Positions 45,784 through 55,435 of a stretch of 64,000 nucleotides of DNA are shown here, piece by piece. Below the pieces are notes generated by a model. That model was not told the DNA's origin, searched no databases, and was given only the letters and a program-made list of their open reading frames with translations. Source of the DNA: Candidatus Wallbacteria bacterium. GTDB lineage: Bacteria; Muiribacteriota; UBA6191; JACPRK01. The translations under genes and the position numbers were made by a program. The stretch is from contig JACPRK010000146.1 in NCBI GenBank assembly GCA_016190005.1, positions 12,518 to 76,517 on the forward strand, given 5' to 3'. Numbering within the stretch: position 1 is the first letter of the stretch; every line of letters starts with the position of its first letter.

Positions 45784-46937
45784 AGTCGCTCCACTTCGAT
45801 ATCTTCGCCGGCATCAGCGGCGACATGATCCTCGGGGCGCTGGTCGACTGCGGGCTCGAGGCCGGCGAGCTCCAAGCCCAGCTTTCTCGCATGGCGCTCC
45901 CCGGCTTTCGACTCCAGGCGTGCAAGGTCGCCCGCGGCGAGCTGTCCGGCACGAAGGTCGACTTGCTCCTGCCGCAGGAGGACGCGCACCGCGGCCTGAG
46001 GGACATCGAGAGAATCCTCGACGAGGCGCCGTACTCCGCCTGGGTCCAGGAGCGCGCGCGCACCATCTTTCGCCGCATCGCCGAGGCTGAGTCGCTCATC
46101 CACCAGATGCCGCTCGAGGAGATCCACTTCCACGAGATCGGCGCCATGGACAGCATTCTCGATGTCACCGGCGCCGTGCTGGGCCTGGAGCTGCTGGGAG
46201 TCGAGCGGGTGACTTCCAGCTCCGTGCCGCTCGGCCGGGGCTATGTCGACGTGGCGCACGGCACGATGCCCGTACCGGCCCCGGCGACCCTGGAGGTGCT
46301 GAAGGGCGTCCCGTGCCGGCCCGGCGTCGAGAGCGGTGAGGTCACGACCCCGACCGGCGCCGCATTCATCGCCGTGATGGCCGCCGAGTTCGGCGATATG
46401 CCGCCCGCCCGCCCGCGGGCCATCGGCTACGGCGCCGGCAGCCGACCCGGAGAGCGCGTGCCGAACCTGCTCCGCGTCATCCTCGCCGACACGGAAGCTT
46501 CGGCCGGAGGCGAGATCGTCGGGCTCGAGGCGAACCTGGACGACATGAATCCGCAGCTCTTTGGCTATCTGCTCGAGCGGCTCTTCGGGGCCGGCGCCCT
46601 CGACGTCTTCATGACCCCCATCTACATGAAGAAGAACCGGCCGGGCACCCAGCTCACGGTTCTCTGCAAGGCCCCCGAGGTGCCTGCCCTGCGCGACATC
46701 GTCTTCGCCGAGACGCCGACTCTTGGGATTCGCTTCGCGCGCATGGAGCGCTGGGAGCTGCCGCGAGCCTTCCTGGAAGTCGAGACTTGTTTCGGCACGA
46801 TCCGCGTGAAGACCGCCGGTACCAAGATGGCTCCCGAATTCGAGGATTGCGCCGCGGCCGCTCGCAAGAGCAAGATACCGATCAGTGAAGTCTTCGAGGA
46901 GGCGCTGCGCCGCGCGCGCGAGCTGAGTCGAGGCTGA
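45780..46937 (+). CDS. larC: Nickel-pincer cofactor nickel insertase LarC (single ORF)
   Basis: GISGDMILGAL, IHFHEIGAMDSILD, HGTMPVPAPAT, TTPTGAA, EANLDD, MKKNRPG, PEFEDC. Confidence 0.93.
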   Translation: MKSLHFDIFAGISGDMILGALVDCGLEAGELQAQLSRMALPGFRLQACKVARGELSGTKVDLLLPQEDAHRGLRDIERILDEAPYSAWVQERARTIFRRIAEAESLIHQMPLEEIHFHEIGAMDSILDVTGAVLGLELLGVERVTSSSVPLGRGYVDVAHGTMPVPAPATLEVLKGVPCRPGVESGEVTTPTGAAFIAVMAAEFGDMPPARPRAIGYGAGSRPGERVPNLLRVILADTEASAGGEIVGLEANLDDMNPQLFGYLLERLFGAGALDVFMTPIYMKKNRPGTQLTVLCKAPEVPALRDIVFAETPTLGIRFARMERWELPRAFLEVETCFGTIRVKTAGTKMAPEFEDCAAAARKSKIPISEVFEEALRRARELSRG

Positions 46938-46949
46938 GCAGCGGTACCG

Positions 46950-47819
46950 ATGCACCAGGAAAAACTCGAAAAGTTGCGGGCGATACTCCGGGAGATGGGC
47001 TCGGTGGTCATCGCTTACTCGGGGGGCGTCGACAGCGCCTTCCTGGCCAAAGTGGCGTTCGACACGCTCGGCCCGCGGGCGCTGGCGATCACGGCCCGGT
47101 CGGCCTCTTACCCGCAGCGCGAACTGGACGAGGCTGTCGAGCTGGCGCGCGAGATCGGCATCCGGCTCGAGCTCGTCGACACCGGCGAAGTCGCCCAGGA
47201 GGAGTACGCGCGCAACGGCCCCGATCGCTGCTACTTCTGCAAGAAGGAACTGTTCTCGTCGCTCGGACCGATCGCCCGCCGGGAGGGGTTCACCGAGATA
47301 GCGTTCGGCGCCATCACCGACGACATGAAGGACCACCGCCCGGGCCATCAGGCCGCGCGCGAGTACCGAGTGCGGGCGCCGCTGGTCGAAGCGGGGCTAT
47401 CCAAGACCGACGTGCGGGAGCTCTCGCGGAGCATGGGGCTGCGCACCTGGGACAAGCCGCAGTCGGCCTGCCTCTCTTCGCGCGTGCAGTACGGGCTACG
47501 CATCGATCCAGAGCTCCTGGGCCGCATCGACCGGGGCGAGCAGCTCCTGCGAGAGCTCGGTTTCCGGGAGCTGCGCGTCCGCCACGAGGGAAGGACTGCC
47601 CGAGTGGAGGTCCCGCTCGATCGACTTCCGCGGGTTCTCGAGCTGCGCGCGGAGATTGTCTCGCGACTGAAGACCTTGGGCTACGCCTACGTCACGCTCG
47701 ACCTCGAGGGGTTCCGTTCGGGCAGTATGAACCTGGCGCTTGCGAAGCTTCCCGTGGTAGAGGATGAGCATCGACAGGGGGTTGCCGAAACCGAAGACGC
47801 TCGGGGGAGCCGACGATGA
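46950..47819 (+). CDS. larE: ATP-dependent sulfur insertase LarE
   Basis: PP-loop [39 protein letters not shown]. Confidence 0.93.
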   Translation: MHQEKLEKLRAILREMGSVVIAYSGGVDSAFLAKVAFDTLGPRALAITARSASYPQRELDEAVELAREIGIRLELVDTGEVAQEEYARNGPDRCYFCKKELFSSLGPIARREGFTEIAFGAITDDMKDHRPGHQAAREYRVRAPLVEAGLSKTDVRELSRSMGLRTWDKPQSACLSSRVQYGLRIDPELLGRIDRGEQLLRELGFRELRVRHEGRTARVEVPLDRLPRVLELRAEIVSRLKTLGYAYVTLDLEGFRSGSMNLALAKLPVVEDEHRQGVAETEDARGSRR

Positions 47820-48559
47820 ACGTCCGGGTGCTGCTGGAGGCGGTGCAGGAAGGCCGCATGACGATCGCCGAGGCCGAGAAGAGCCTCCGCGACCTGGCCT
47901 TCGAAGCGACGCCGTTCGCGCACATCGACCACCACCGATTGCTGCGGCGCGGCTTCCCCGAGGTGGTCTACTGCGAGGGCAAGACGACCCAGCAGTCGGC
48001 CGAGATTTTCAGCCGTCTGGCGCTGAAGAATCCGAACGTGCTGGCCACCCGGGCCGATCCGGAGGTCTTCGAGGCGGTCAAGGCGCAGCTTCCTGAGGCG
48101 ACCTACGACGAGCTGGCGCGCTGCATTCACCTGCACCGTGACCAGGCTGTCAGCGGGTACGGCACTATCCTGGTCGTCACCGCCGGAACCGCTGATCTTC
48201 CCGTGGCTCGCGAGGCCTACGTGACCGCCGAGATCATGGGGAACAAGACGGTGCTGATCTCCGACGTCGGCGTCTCGGGCATTCACCGTCTGCTGGCTTA
48301 CAAGGAGACGCTGCAGAGCGCGGCGGTCATCATCGTGGTGGCGGGGATGGAGGGGGCACTGCCCAGCGTCGTGGGCGGGCTGGTCGACTGTCCAGTCATT
48401 GCCGTTCCGACCTCCGTCGGCTACGGTGCCAGCTTCGGAGGCGTCGCAGCGCTTCTGGCCATGCTGAACGGCTGCTCCTCGGGGATGACCGTCGTGAACA
48501 TCGACAACGGTTTCGGCGCGGCCTACGCGGCCAGCCTCATGAACCGCAAGCGTCCTTAG
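47816..48559 (+). CDS. larB: NaAD carboxylase/hydrolase LarB
   Basis: [58 protein letters not shown]. Confidence 0.94.
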   Translation: MNVRVLLEAVQEGRMTIAEAEKSLRDLAFEATPFAHIDHHRLLRRGFPEVVYCEGKTTQQSAEIFSRLALKNPNVLATRADPEVFEAVKAQLPEATYDELARCIHLHRDQAVSGYGTILVVTAGTADLPVAREAYVTAEIMGNKTVLISDVGVSGIHRLLAYKETLQSAAVIIVVAGMEGALPSVVGGLVDCPVIAVPTSVGYGASFGGVAALLAMLNGCSSGMTVVNIDNGFGAAYAASLMNRKRP

Positions 48560-49362
48560 CGGCCCGGGAGCTCGGAGGCGACGCCGGCAGCGGCAACGGG
48601 GAGCAGCTCTCGGAGGTTCCAGTCGTCATAGGCGTTGCCGTTGATGCCCTTGACGTCTGCCTCGGTGAGCGCGGCCAGGAAGTCGAGGTTTGGGCGGGTC
48701 CGCAGCGCCCGGGCGAGAGCCGTCCGCCAGACTGCGACCTGGGCCGGCTTGGCGAAACTGGGTTCGCGGAGGGAGCGCTGCAGAACGCCGAGGTCGCGGT
48801 GATGGGCCAGCATCTTCGCGACCCAGGCGGCCTCGCCGGGCTCCAGCTCCAGGGCCACGGCGTGCTTGCGGATGTAGGCGGCGCACAGGGCCGGGTGGGA
48901 CGGGTCCTGGAGCTGGCGGCCGGAGGCGCTGCGGGGCGAGTCGAGCTTGCCCATGTCGTGGAGCAGGGCCGTGAGGCAGCCGACGAAAAATGTGCGCCGG
49001 TTGACGCGCGAGGAGCGACCGTGCTGGCCGCGGGCGTAGTGGTAGAGCGCGCGCAGGCCGTGCTCGGCGATGGTGTGCGGGTGCTTCGGGTCGTCTGCGT
49101 GGAGGCGCATCGCCTCGGCCCAGCGGGGAACGCGGCTGGCCAGGACTCGCAGCTCGGCTGCGACGCGGTTGCGGTCCAGCTCGCCGTCGGTTCGGGGCCG
49201 GTCCTCGCCCGTGACGAAGTCCTTCTCGGCCAGCGCCAGGACGGCCTTCTCCAGGATGCCGGCGAGGACCGGCGTGGGCGTCGCGAGGGCGAGGGCGGCG
49301 GCGAAGCCGACCCAAACTACCGGTTGGAGCCACTGGGTCTTCCGGATACGAGATGCGATCAT
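48556..49362 (-). CDS. HD-domain protein with N-terminal signal-like segment
   Basis: HTIAEH...ALLHDMGK...H...HH...EAD; hydrophobic N-terminus ending VLA. Confidence 0.7.
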   Translation of the reverse strand: MIASRIRKTQWLQPVVWVGFAAALALATPTPVLAGILEKAVLALAEKDFVTGEDRPRTDGELDRNRVAAELRVLASRVPRWAEAMRLHADDPKHPHTIAEHGLRALYHYARGQHGRSSRVNRRTFFVGCLTALLHDMGKLDSPRSASGRQLQDPSHPALCAAYIRKHAVALELEPGEAAWVAKMLAHHRDLGVLQRSLREPSFAKPAQVAVWRTALARALRTRPNLDFLAALTEADVKGINGNAYDDWNLRELLPVAAAGVASELPGR

Positions 49363-50471
49363 CGCTTGCCTCCGCGCGCCGGGCGCACGCCGATGCGGTC
49401 GAGGCGCCGAGCGAGCTCTGCATAGGCCCGGGCCAAGAGCGGCTCCGGGAGGCCGACGGCTTCCTCGACTTCGCCCAGGCCCAGGGGGAGCACGAACAGC
49501 AGCCGCCCCTGGTGAGCCTTCTTGTCGTGGAGCATCAGCTCCATCAGCCGACGGAACGGCACCGAGGGCACGGCTAGCGGCACTCCGAGAGATTCGTAGA
49601 GCTCGAGCACGGCTTCGAAGTGGGCCTCGGAGGCGCGCTCGCGCAGGATGGAGAGCTGGAACGCGTAGAGCGTGCCGACGGCGACGGCCTCGCCGTGAAG
49701 GTAGCCGCGGTAGCGGGTCGCTGCTTCGAGCGCATGCCCCAGCGTGTGGCCCAGGTTGAGCCGCCGGCGCGGTCCGGCTTCGCGCTCGTCGAGCGCCACG
49801 ACGGCCGCCTTGTTACGCACCGAGTCGGCGACGACTCGCGCCAGGTCCCACTTTCCGAAGGGGGTCGAGCGGCAGTGGGTCAAAAGCTCGCGATCGCCCA
49901 GCAGGCCGTACTTCACGGCCTCGACGGCGCCGGCGGCCAGCTGGGCAGCAGGCAGCGTGTCGAGCGTGGCCAGGTCCGCGACGACTGCGACCGGCTGGTG
50001 GAAGGCCCCGATGACGTTCTTGCCGAGCGGGTGGTTGACGGCGACCTTGCCGCCGACAGAGCTGTCGACCATCGCCAGGAGAGTCGTCGGGACCTGGACC
50101 AAGGGCACGCCGCGCATGAACGTGGCTGCGACGAAGCCGGCAAGGTCGCCGATCACGCCGCCGCCGAAGGCGACGATGCCAGTTTTGCGATCGCAACCGG
50201 CCTTCAGGAGGCCGTCATACAGCCGGGAGGCCCAGGCGAGGCTCTTGGCCTGCTCGCCGGACGGCACCTGCAGGACGGCGGCGGGCTCCAGCTCCCCCAG
50301 TCCGGCCAGGAGTGCCCGCCCGTGCTGGCGCCAGACGACCGGCTCGGTGACGACGACCAGGTCGCGCCCGGTCATGGAGTCGTCGAGCAGCCTGCGCAGC
50401 TGTTCGAGCAACCCGCGCCCAATCGTGACAGCGTACCGGCACGCCGGCAGCCGGACCTCGACGGCTCGCAT
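49359..50471 (-). CDS. aroB: 3-dehydroquinate synthase
   Basis: GGGVIGDLAGF, PTTLLAMVDSSVGGK, LNLGHTLGHALE, HGEAV. Confidence 0.95.
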   Translation of the reverse strand: MRAVEVRLPACRYAVTIGRGLLEQLRRLLDDSMTGRDLVVVTEPVVWRQHGRALLAGLGELEPAAVLQVPSGEQAKSLAWASRLYDGLLKAGCDRKTGIVAFGGGVIGDLAGFVAATFMRGVPLVQVPTTLLAMVDSSVGGKVAVNHPLGKNVIGAFHQPVAVVADLATLDTLPAAQLAAGAVEAVKYGLLGDRELLTHCRSTPFGKWDLARVVADSVRNKAAVVALDEREAGPRRRLNLGHTLGHALEAATRYRGYLHGEAVAVGTLYAFQLSILRERASEAHFEAVLELYESLGVPLAVPSVPFRRLMELMLHDKKAHQGRLLFVLPLGLGEVEEAVGLPEPLLARAYAELARRLDRIGVRPARGGKR

Positions 50472-50488
50472 CGTTAGCGCGGGAAGAC

Positions 50489-50580
<92 letters not shown>

Positions 50581-50660
50581 GGGTATGGTCTTCGCTCTGC
50601 TTCGGGGAACTCCTCGCGGCCCGAGCCGCGTCCCGTCGACGCTTCCCCGCTGGGCGCGAG

Positions 50661-50745
50661 CGGAGGAAGAGGGATTCGAACCCCCGAGGACTTGCGCCCT
50701 AGCGGTTTTCAAGACCGCCGCCTTCAACCACTCGGCCATTCCTCC
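50661..50745 (-). tRNA. tRNA-Ser(TGA)
   Basis: GGAGGAATGGCCGAGTGG...GCGGT-CT-TGA-AA-ACCGC, variable arm, GGTTCGAATCC; CCA not encoded. Confidence 0.95.
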
Positions 50746-50759
50746 GGGATTGGGGCCGT

Positions 50760-50788
50760 ACTCTACCATGGACGCGGCGACCGGTCAA
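50760..50788 (-). promoter_or_regulatory. Sigma70 promoter for the tRNA-Ser pair
   Basis: TTGACC-N17-TAGAGT ending 14 nt upstream of the tRNA 5' end. Confidence 0.6.
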
Positions 50789-50819
50789 CGTGTGCGGCAA
50801 GCCGGGGTGCGGCCTTTCG

Positions 50820-52952
50820 TTAGCCGACCAGCCGGGCCATGCGATCGGCGAGGGCGTCGGGGAGGAAGCCGTACTTCTTCTGCAGCTCCTCCATCGGGGC
50901 GGACTCGCCGAAGTCCTCGAGGCAGTGCTCGTGGCCGCTGTCGCCCGTGAGGGCCTTCCAGCCGAAGGCGCTTGCGGCCTCGACCGCCAAGCGGAGCCCG
51001 ACGTCGGGTAGCAGGATGGCGTTTCGGACCTCGGGGGGCTGGGCTCTGAAGAGCTCCATGCAGGGGACCGAGATCACGCGGGCCTTCTTGGCGCACCGGG
51101 CTTCGAAGAGCTTCGCGGCTTCCAGCGCGAGGCTGACCTCGGAGCCGGTGGCGAGGAGCTGGATGTCCGGCTTGGCCACACCGGCACCGTGAATCACGTA
51201 AGCGCCTTTGTCGAAGTCGGTCTGCCGGCCCTTGGTCTCGGCCAGCACGGGCAGATCCTGGCGGGAAAGCACCAGGACCACGGGGCCCGCGTCGGCCGGG
51301 CGGGAGAAGATGAGCCGCCAGGCGTGCAGGCACTCGTGGGCGTCGGCTGGCCGGATGACGAGGGTCCGCGGGATAGCGCGCAGCGAGGCCAGCTGCTCCA
51401 CCGGCTGGTGCGTCTCGCCGTCTTCGCCCAGCAGGACGCTGTCGTGCGTGAAGATGAAGGTGACGGGGATCTTGGAGATGGCCGCAAGCCGGATCGCGGG
51501 CCGCATGTAGTCGGCGAAGGCCAGGAAGGTCCCCGTGTAGGGGAGGAGGCCGCCGTGGAGCGCTATCCCGTTGGAGATGCTGCCCATGGCGTGCTCGCGG
51601 ACGCCGTAGTGCACGGCGCGACCCTTCCAGGTGCCCGGTGTCAGTCCGTCGACGAAGTAGCCGACCGCCTTCTCGAAGCCGTCGGTCTTGGTCGAGTTGG
51701 CGAGATCCGCGGAACCGCCCATCAAGTTGGGGACGGTCTTGGCCAGCGCCGCCATGACCTGTCCGGAGGCCGCTCGCGTGGCGAGCTTGGGCTTCGTGAA
51801 CTCGACGGAGGCAAAGGCTTGGTCGGCCCGCTCCAGCAGAAGCCGGCGTCCCTCGGGCGAGAAGCAGAGGTCCCACTCGGCGGCGCGGTCGGGGTGCTCG
51901 CGGCGGAAGCGCTCGACCCGTTCGGTCCAGGCCTGCTGGGCGCGGGCGCCCTCGGAGAGGCGCGGGGTGAAGATGTCGTAGACGTAGCGGGGCAGCCAGA
52001 AGGTGGCGTCCACCGGGTGGCCGTGGCGCTCCTTGAAGTCGCGGATCACGTCCTTGCCGAGCGGCATGCCATGGGAGTCGATGGTGCCTTCCTTCTTCGT
52101 GTCGTGAGCGATCTTGGTGTGGCCGACGATGAGCACGGGCTTGCCGCGGAGCTGGCGGGCTTGCCCCAGGGCCTGACGCAGTGCGCTACGGTCGTGACCG
52201 TCCGCGACGTCGATGACGTTCCAGCCCATGGCGGCGAACTGCGCGCCGACGTCCTCGCGCATCGTCTTGGAGGTGGGCGAGGCGAGTTGAATGCGATTGG
52301 AGTCGTAGAACACGATCAGCTTCTCCAGCTCCAGCAATCCGGCCAGGGCGGCGGCCTCATGGCAGACGCCCTCCTGAAAATCGCCGTCGGTCGCGACCAC
52401 GTACGTGCGATGATCGACCAGCTCGGGGCCGAACGCGCTGGCGAGCAGCTTCTCGGCCATCGCCATGCCGACGCCGTTGCAAAACCCTTGGCCCAGCGGG
52501 CCGGTGGAGGTCTCGACTCCCGGGCAGAGCCGGAAAACGGGATGGCCCTGGGTCGGGCTCCCGAGCTGCCGGAAGCGTTTCAGGTCCTCCATCGATAGGC
52601 GTCCCGAAAGATGGAGGAAGGAGTAGAGCAGCATCGACATGTGGCCGCCCGAGAGCACGAAGCGGTCGCGGTCGAGCCAGGCCGGATCGGGGCTCATCGA
52701 GATGTAATCAGAAAAGAGCACGTAGACGAAGTCGATGCTGGAGAGCGGTCCGCCTGGGTGGCCCGAGTTGGCGTGTTCGACGGCGTCGACGATGAGGCCC
52801 TTGATGGCGTCGACGGCCAGCTGCTCCATCGCGCGAGAGTAGGCCGGCTCGCCGGGCTGCCTCGCCTCGGGGGCCAGCTTCTGCAGGGCCACCCGAGCTG
52901 CGGGCTCGAGGGTCTCGAGTGCGGGGTACGTGGTCGAATTCGTCTGCTGCAC
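50820..52952 (-). CDS. tkt: Transketolase
   Basis: SGHPG, RDRFVLSGGH, TGPLGQG, DGDFQEG, GVREHAM, THDS..LGEDGETHQP. Confidence 0.95.
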   Translation of the reverse strand: MQQTNSTTYPALETLEPAARVALQKLAPEARQPGEPAYSRAMEQLAVDAIKGLIVDAVEHANSGHPGGPLSSIDFVYVLFSDYISMSPDPAWLDRDRFVLSGGHMSMLLYSFLHLSGRLSMEDLKRFRQLGSPTQGHPVFRLCPGVETSTGPLGQGFCNGVGMAMAEKLLASAFGPELVDHRTYVVATDGDFQEGVCHEAAALAGLLELEKLIVFYDSNRIQLASPTSKTMREDVGAQFAAMGWNVIDVADGHDRSALRQALGQARQLRGKPVLIVGHTKIAHDTKKEGTIDSHGMPLGKDVIRDFKERHGHPVDATFWLPRYVYDIFTPRLSEGARAQQAWTERVERFRREHPDRAAEWDLCFSPEGRRLLLERADQAFASVEFTKPKLATRAASGQVMAALAKTVPNLMGGSADLANSTKTDGFEKAVGYFVDGLTPGTWKGRAVHYGVREHAMGSISNGIALHGGLLPYTGTFLAFADYMRPAIRLAAISKIPVTFIFTHDSVLLGEDGETHQPVEQLASLRAIPRTLVIRPADAHECLHAWRLIFSRPADAGPVVLVLSRQDLPVLAETKGRQTDFDKGAYVIHGAGVAKPDIQLLATGSEVSLALEAAKLFEARCAKKARVISVPCMELFRAQPPEVRNAILLPDVGLRLAVEAASAFGWKALTGDSGHEHCLEDFGESAPMEELQKKYGFLPDALADRMARLVG

Positions 52953-53149
52953 GGAAAGCTCCTTTTTCTTGCTCGGTCCGGGCGGTTCTCGAGATGGTAG
53001 CGGGTCGCGGGGGCGAGAGTCGAGAGGTGCCCGGGGAGACCATGCCCGACTCAGCGGCAGGTTTCGTGTTAGGTCCAGAACTCCCCTGCGGCTGTCGCGG
53101 GGCGCAGACGGGTGTTATGCTGGCCGGGACAGAGGTCCCGGGAGGGCTC

Positions 53150-53656
53150 ATGACCGACAACCAGAACCGGCGCGGCTACCTCGAGGAGATCCTCGTGCAG
53201 CTTCCCGGGTTCAAGGGATACCTGGCCCGGGAGAACCGGCGCGAGTCCGACAAGGCCTGTCGCGATCACCTCGCCGCCCGGCTGTCGGTCGCCAAGAAGG
53301 CGGTCGGGGAGGCCAAGAGAGAGCTCCTCTCCTCGGGCAAGCTCCTCGGCATCGAGCAGCTGGATCGCGTCAGCGACCGCCTGGAGCGCGTGATTTCCAA
53401 GCTTGCTCACGCCGAGCGCGGCTACTCGGGTTTCTTCGACAAGAACCAGATCGGGCCGGAGCAGCTCGACAGGCTGCACGAGGCGGACCTGGCGCTGACC
53501 GGGCTGGCCGCCGCCATCGAGGAGAAGCTCGGGAAACTGGCTGCAGCCGCGGCCGGAGAGGAGCTCAAGCCGGCTCTGCAGGCGGCGCTCGAGGCCGTCG
53601 ACAACTTCGAGAGATCGTTCGACCAGCGCAAGCGCGTTATGACGGAGGAGGTCTGA
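53150..53656 (+). CDS. Alpha-helical hypothetical protein
   Basis: GGAGG RBS; LPGFKGY..RENRRESDK, GYSGFFD; 2 nt from the next gene. Confidence 0.75.
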   Translation: MTDNQNRRGYLEEILVQLPGFKGYLARENRRESDKACRDHLAARLSVAKKAVGEAKRELLSSGKLLGIEQLDRVSDRLERVISKLAHAERGYSGFFDKNQIGPEQLDRLHEADLALTGLAAAIEEKLGKLAAAAAGEELKPALQAALEAVDNFERSFDQRKRVMTEEV

Positions 53657-53658
53657 CC

Positions 53659-54762
53659 GTGGGTGTCTTCATAGAAATCATTGAGCACTTCGACGAGACG
53701 GGCAAGGAGCTGGTCTATCGGTTCCCGCAGGAGGGCTCTACCGACATCAAGATGGGCGCGCAGCTCATCGTCCAGGAGAACCAGGTCGCGGTCTTCTACC
53801 GGGACGGAAAGCTTCTGGACGTTTTCAAGGCCGGCCGCCACACGCTCACGACCCAGAACATCCCGCTCCTCACGCGATTCCTCTCGCTGCCCTACGGGTT
53901 CAACAGCCCCTTCAAGGCGCAGGTCTGCTTCGTCAATCAGAAGGTCTTCACCGACCTGAAGTGGGGCACCAAGGAACCGATCGCGTTCCGGGACACGGAG
54001 CTCAAGATGGTCCGGCTCCGTGCGTTCGGGAAGTACAACTTGAAGGTCTCCGACCCGCAGGTCTTCTTGAACGAGCTGGTCGGACAGCAGGGCCAGTACA
54101 TGCTCTTCGACTTCGAGAGCTACTTCCGCGACGCCATCGTCCAGCGGCTCAACGACTTCCTCGGCGAGAACCTGAAGACCATCTTCGATCTGCCCCGGAT
54201 GTACAACGAGATCGCCAGCGCGATGAAGGCGAGCATCGAGGACCAATTCACCAAGTACGGGGTCGAGATCCGGGACTTCGTCATCGGGGCCGTCACGCCG
54301 CCCGAGGAGGTCCAGAAGATGATCGACCAGCGCTCCAGCATGGCCGCGGTCGGCGACGTCGGGCAGTACATGCAGTTCAAGGCCGCCGAGTCGATGTCGG
54401 ACTTCGCGCGCAGCCAGAACCCGACGTTGGGGGCCGGGATCGGCATGGGCATCGGCGCCTCGCTCGGCCACTCCCTGCAGCAGGGAATGGGCGGGCAGGC
54501 GGCTTCTCAGGCGCAGGTCCTGTGTCCGAGCTGCAAGGCGTCTAACCCGCAGGGCAAGAAGTTCTGCAGCGAGTGCGGCGCGAACATGGCCCCGCAGGCC
54601 CAGACGATGGAGTGCCCGGCCTGCAAGAAGACGATTGCCGCAGGCTCCAAGTTCTGTCCCGAGTGCGGGGCGAAATCGACCGCCAGTTGCCCGAGCTGCA
54701 ACGCGGCGATCGCTCCGGGAAAGAAGTTCTGCGCCGAATGCGGCACCAAGATCGGCGATTGA
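53659..54762 (+). CDS. SPFH/Band-7 (YdjI-like) protein with C-terminal zinc ribbons
   Basis: GAQLIVQENQVAVF, KWGTKEP, LRAFG; three CxxC...KFCxECG ribbons. Confidence 0.88.
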   Translation: MGVFIEIIEHFDETGKELVYRFPQEGSTDIKMGAQLIVQENQVAVFYRDGKLLDVFKAGRHTLTTQNIPLLTRFLSLPYGFNSPFKAQVCFVNQKVFTDLKWGTKEPIAFRDTELKMVRLRAFGKYNLKVSDPQVFLNELVGQQGQYMLFDFESYFRDAIVQRLNDFLGENLKTIFDLPRMYNEIASAMKASIEDQFTKYGVEIRDFVIGAVTPPEEVQKMIDQRSSMAAVGDVGQYMQFKAAESMSDFARSQNPTLGAGIGMGIGASLGHSLQQGMGGQAASQAQVLCPSCKASNPQGKKFCSECGANMAPQAQTMECPACKKTIAAGSKFCPECGAKSTASCPSCNAAIAPGKKFCAECGTKIGD

Positions 54763-55265
54763 GCGGTCGGCTCAACGGTGTCGCGCTCATCCCGGCGCTA
54801 CTGGTGCTGAGCGCTACATTTTCCTCGCGGCTGGAGCCCGTGCGGGTTCCGGAAGTGCCGGCAGCCGCGACGCCGACCGGCACCTCGCCAGCGCAGGTGG
54901 TCCCGCCCGTACCGGTGAAGGCTTTGCCAACTCCGGCTCCCGCGCCAGCGCCGCCGAAGGCGCTCCCCGAAGCGCCGGGTAGCGCTGCCGAGGGACCGGT
55001 CGCGACGGTGGAGGGGCAGGTCGTCGACGCCGTCACCGGCAAGCCCGTCCAGGGTGCGGAGGTCTCACTGCCTGAGCTCTCCCGGTCCGTACAAACGGAC
55101 CCGGAAGGTCGATTCACTCTGCCAGCCGTCCCCGTGCGCAAGCGCCGTCACGAGCTCCTGATCACCTGTCCCACCTACTCCAGCACCACCCGCGACCTGC
55201 GCGCCGCCTCCGAGGGCACGACGCTGACCGTGCCCGAGATCCGCCTCAAGCCGAAAGGCTGGTGA
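54759..55265 (+). CDS. Exported protein with carboxypeptidase-regulatory-like domain
   Basis: Hydrophobic N-terminus, Pro-rich linker, GQVVDAVTGKPVQGAEV, TDPEGRF. Confidence 0.7.
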   Translation: MSGRLNGVALIPALLVLSATFSSRLEPVRVPEVPAAATPTGTSPAQVVPPVPVKALPTPAPAPAPPKALPEAPGSAAEGPVATVEGQVVDAVTGKPVQGAEVSLPELSRSVQTDPEGRFTLPAVPVRKRRHELLITCPTYSSTTRDLRAASEGTTLTVPEIRLKPKGW

Positions 55266-55287
55266 GCGCCCGGGCCGCCCGCGTCCG

Positions 55288-55435
55288 CAGGCGTCAGGGA
55301 TCAGGCTTCAGGCTTCAGGCCTCAGGCTTCAGGCGTCAGGGATCAGGAGTCAGGCGTCAGGGATCAGGAGTCAGGCGTCAGGGATCAGGAGGCAGAACTC
55401 ATCCCTCGAGCCTCACTCCTCAAGCCTCACGCCTC
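55288..55435. repeat. Heptamer array (CAGGnnT) of 15 units with 21-nt higher-order structure, plus an opposed CCTCnnn array
   Basis: CAGGCGT CAGGGAT CAGGCTT..., with CAGGCGT CAGGGAT CAGGAG(T/G) three times; then cctcgag cctcact cctcaag cctcacg. Confidence 0.85.

Noticed and set aside
52930-53658. 610-aa SPFH ORF
   Set aside because: The first 243 codons overlap the 53150 gene in another frame; GTG 53659 has a GGAGG RBS
55288-55395. Repeat arrays as CRISPR
   Set aside because: Units are 7 nt and contiguous, there are no unique spacers, and no cas genes are present
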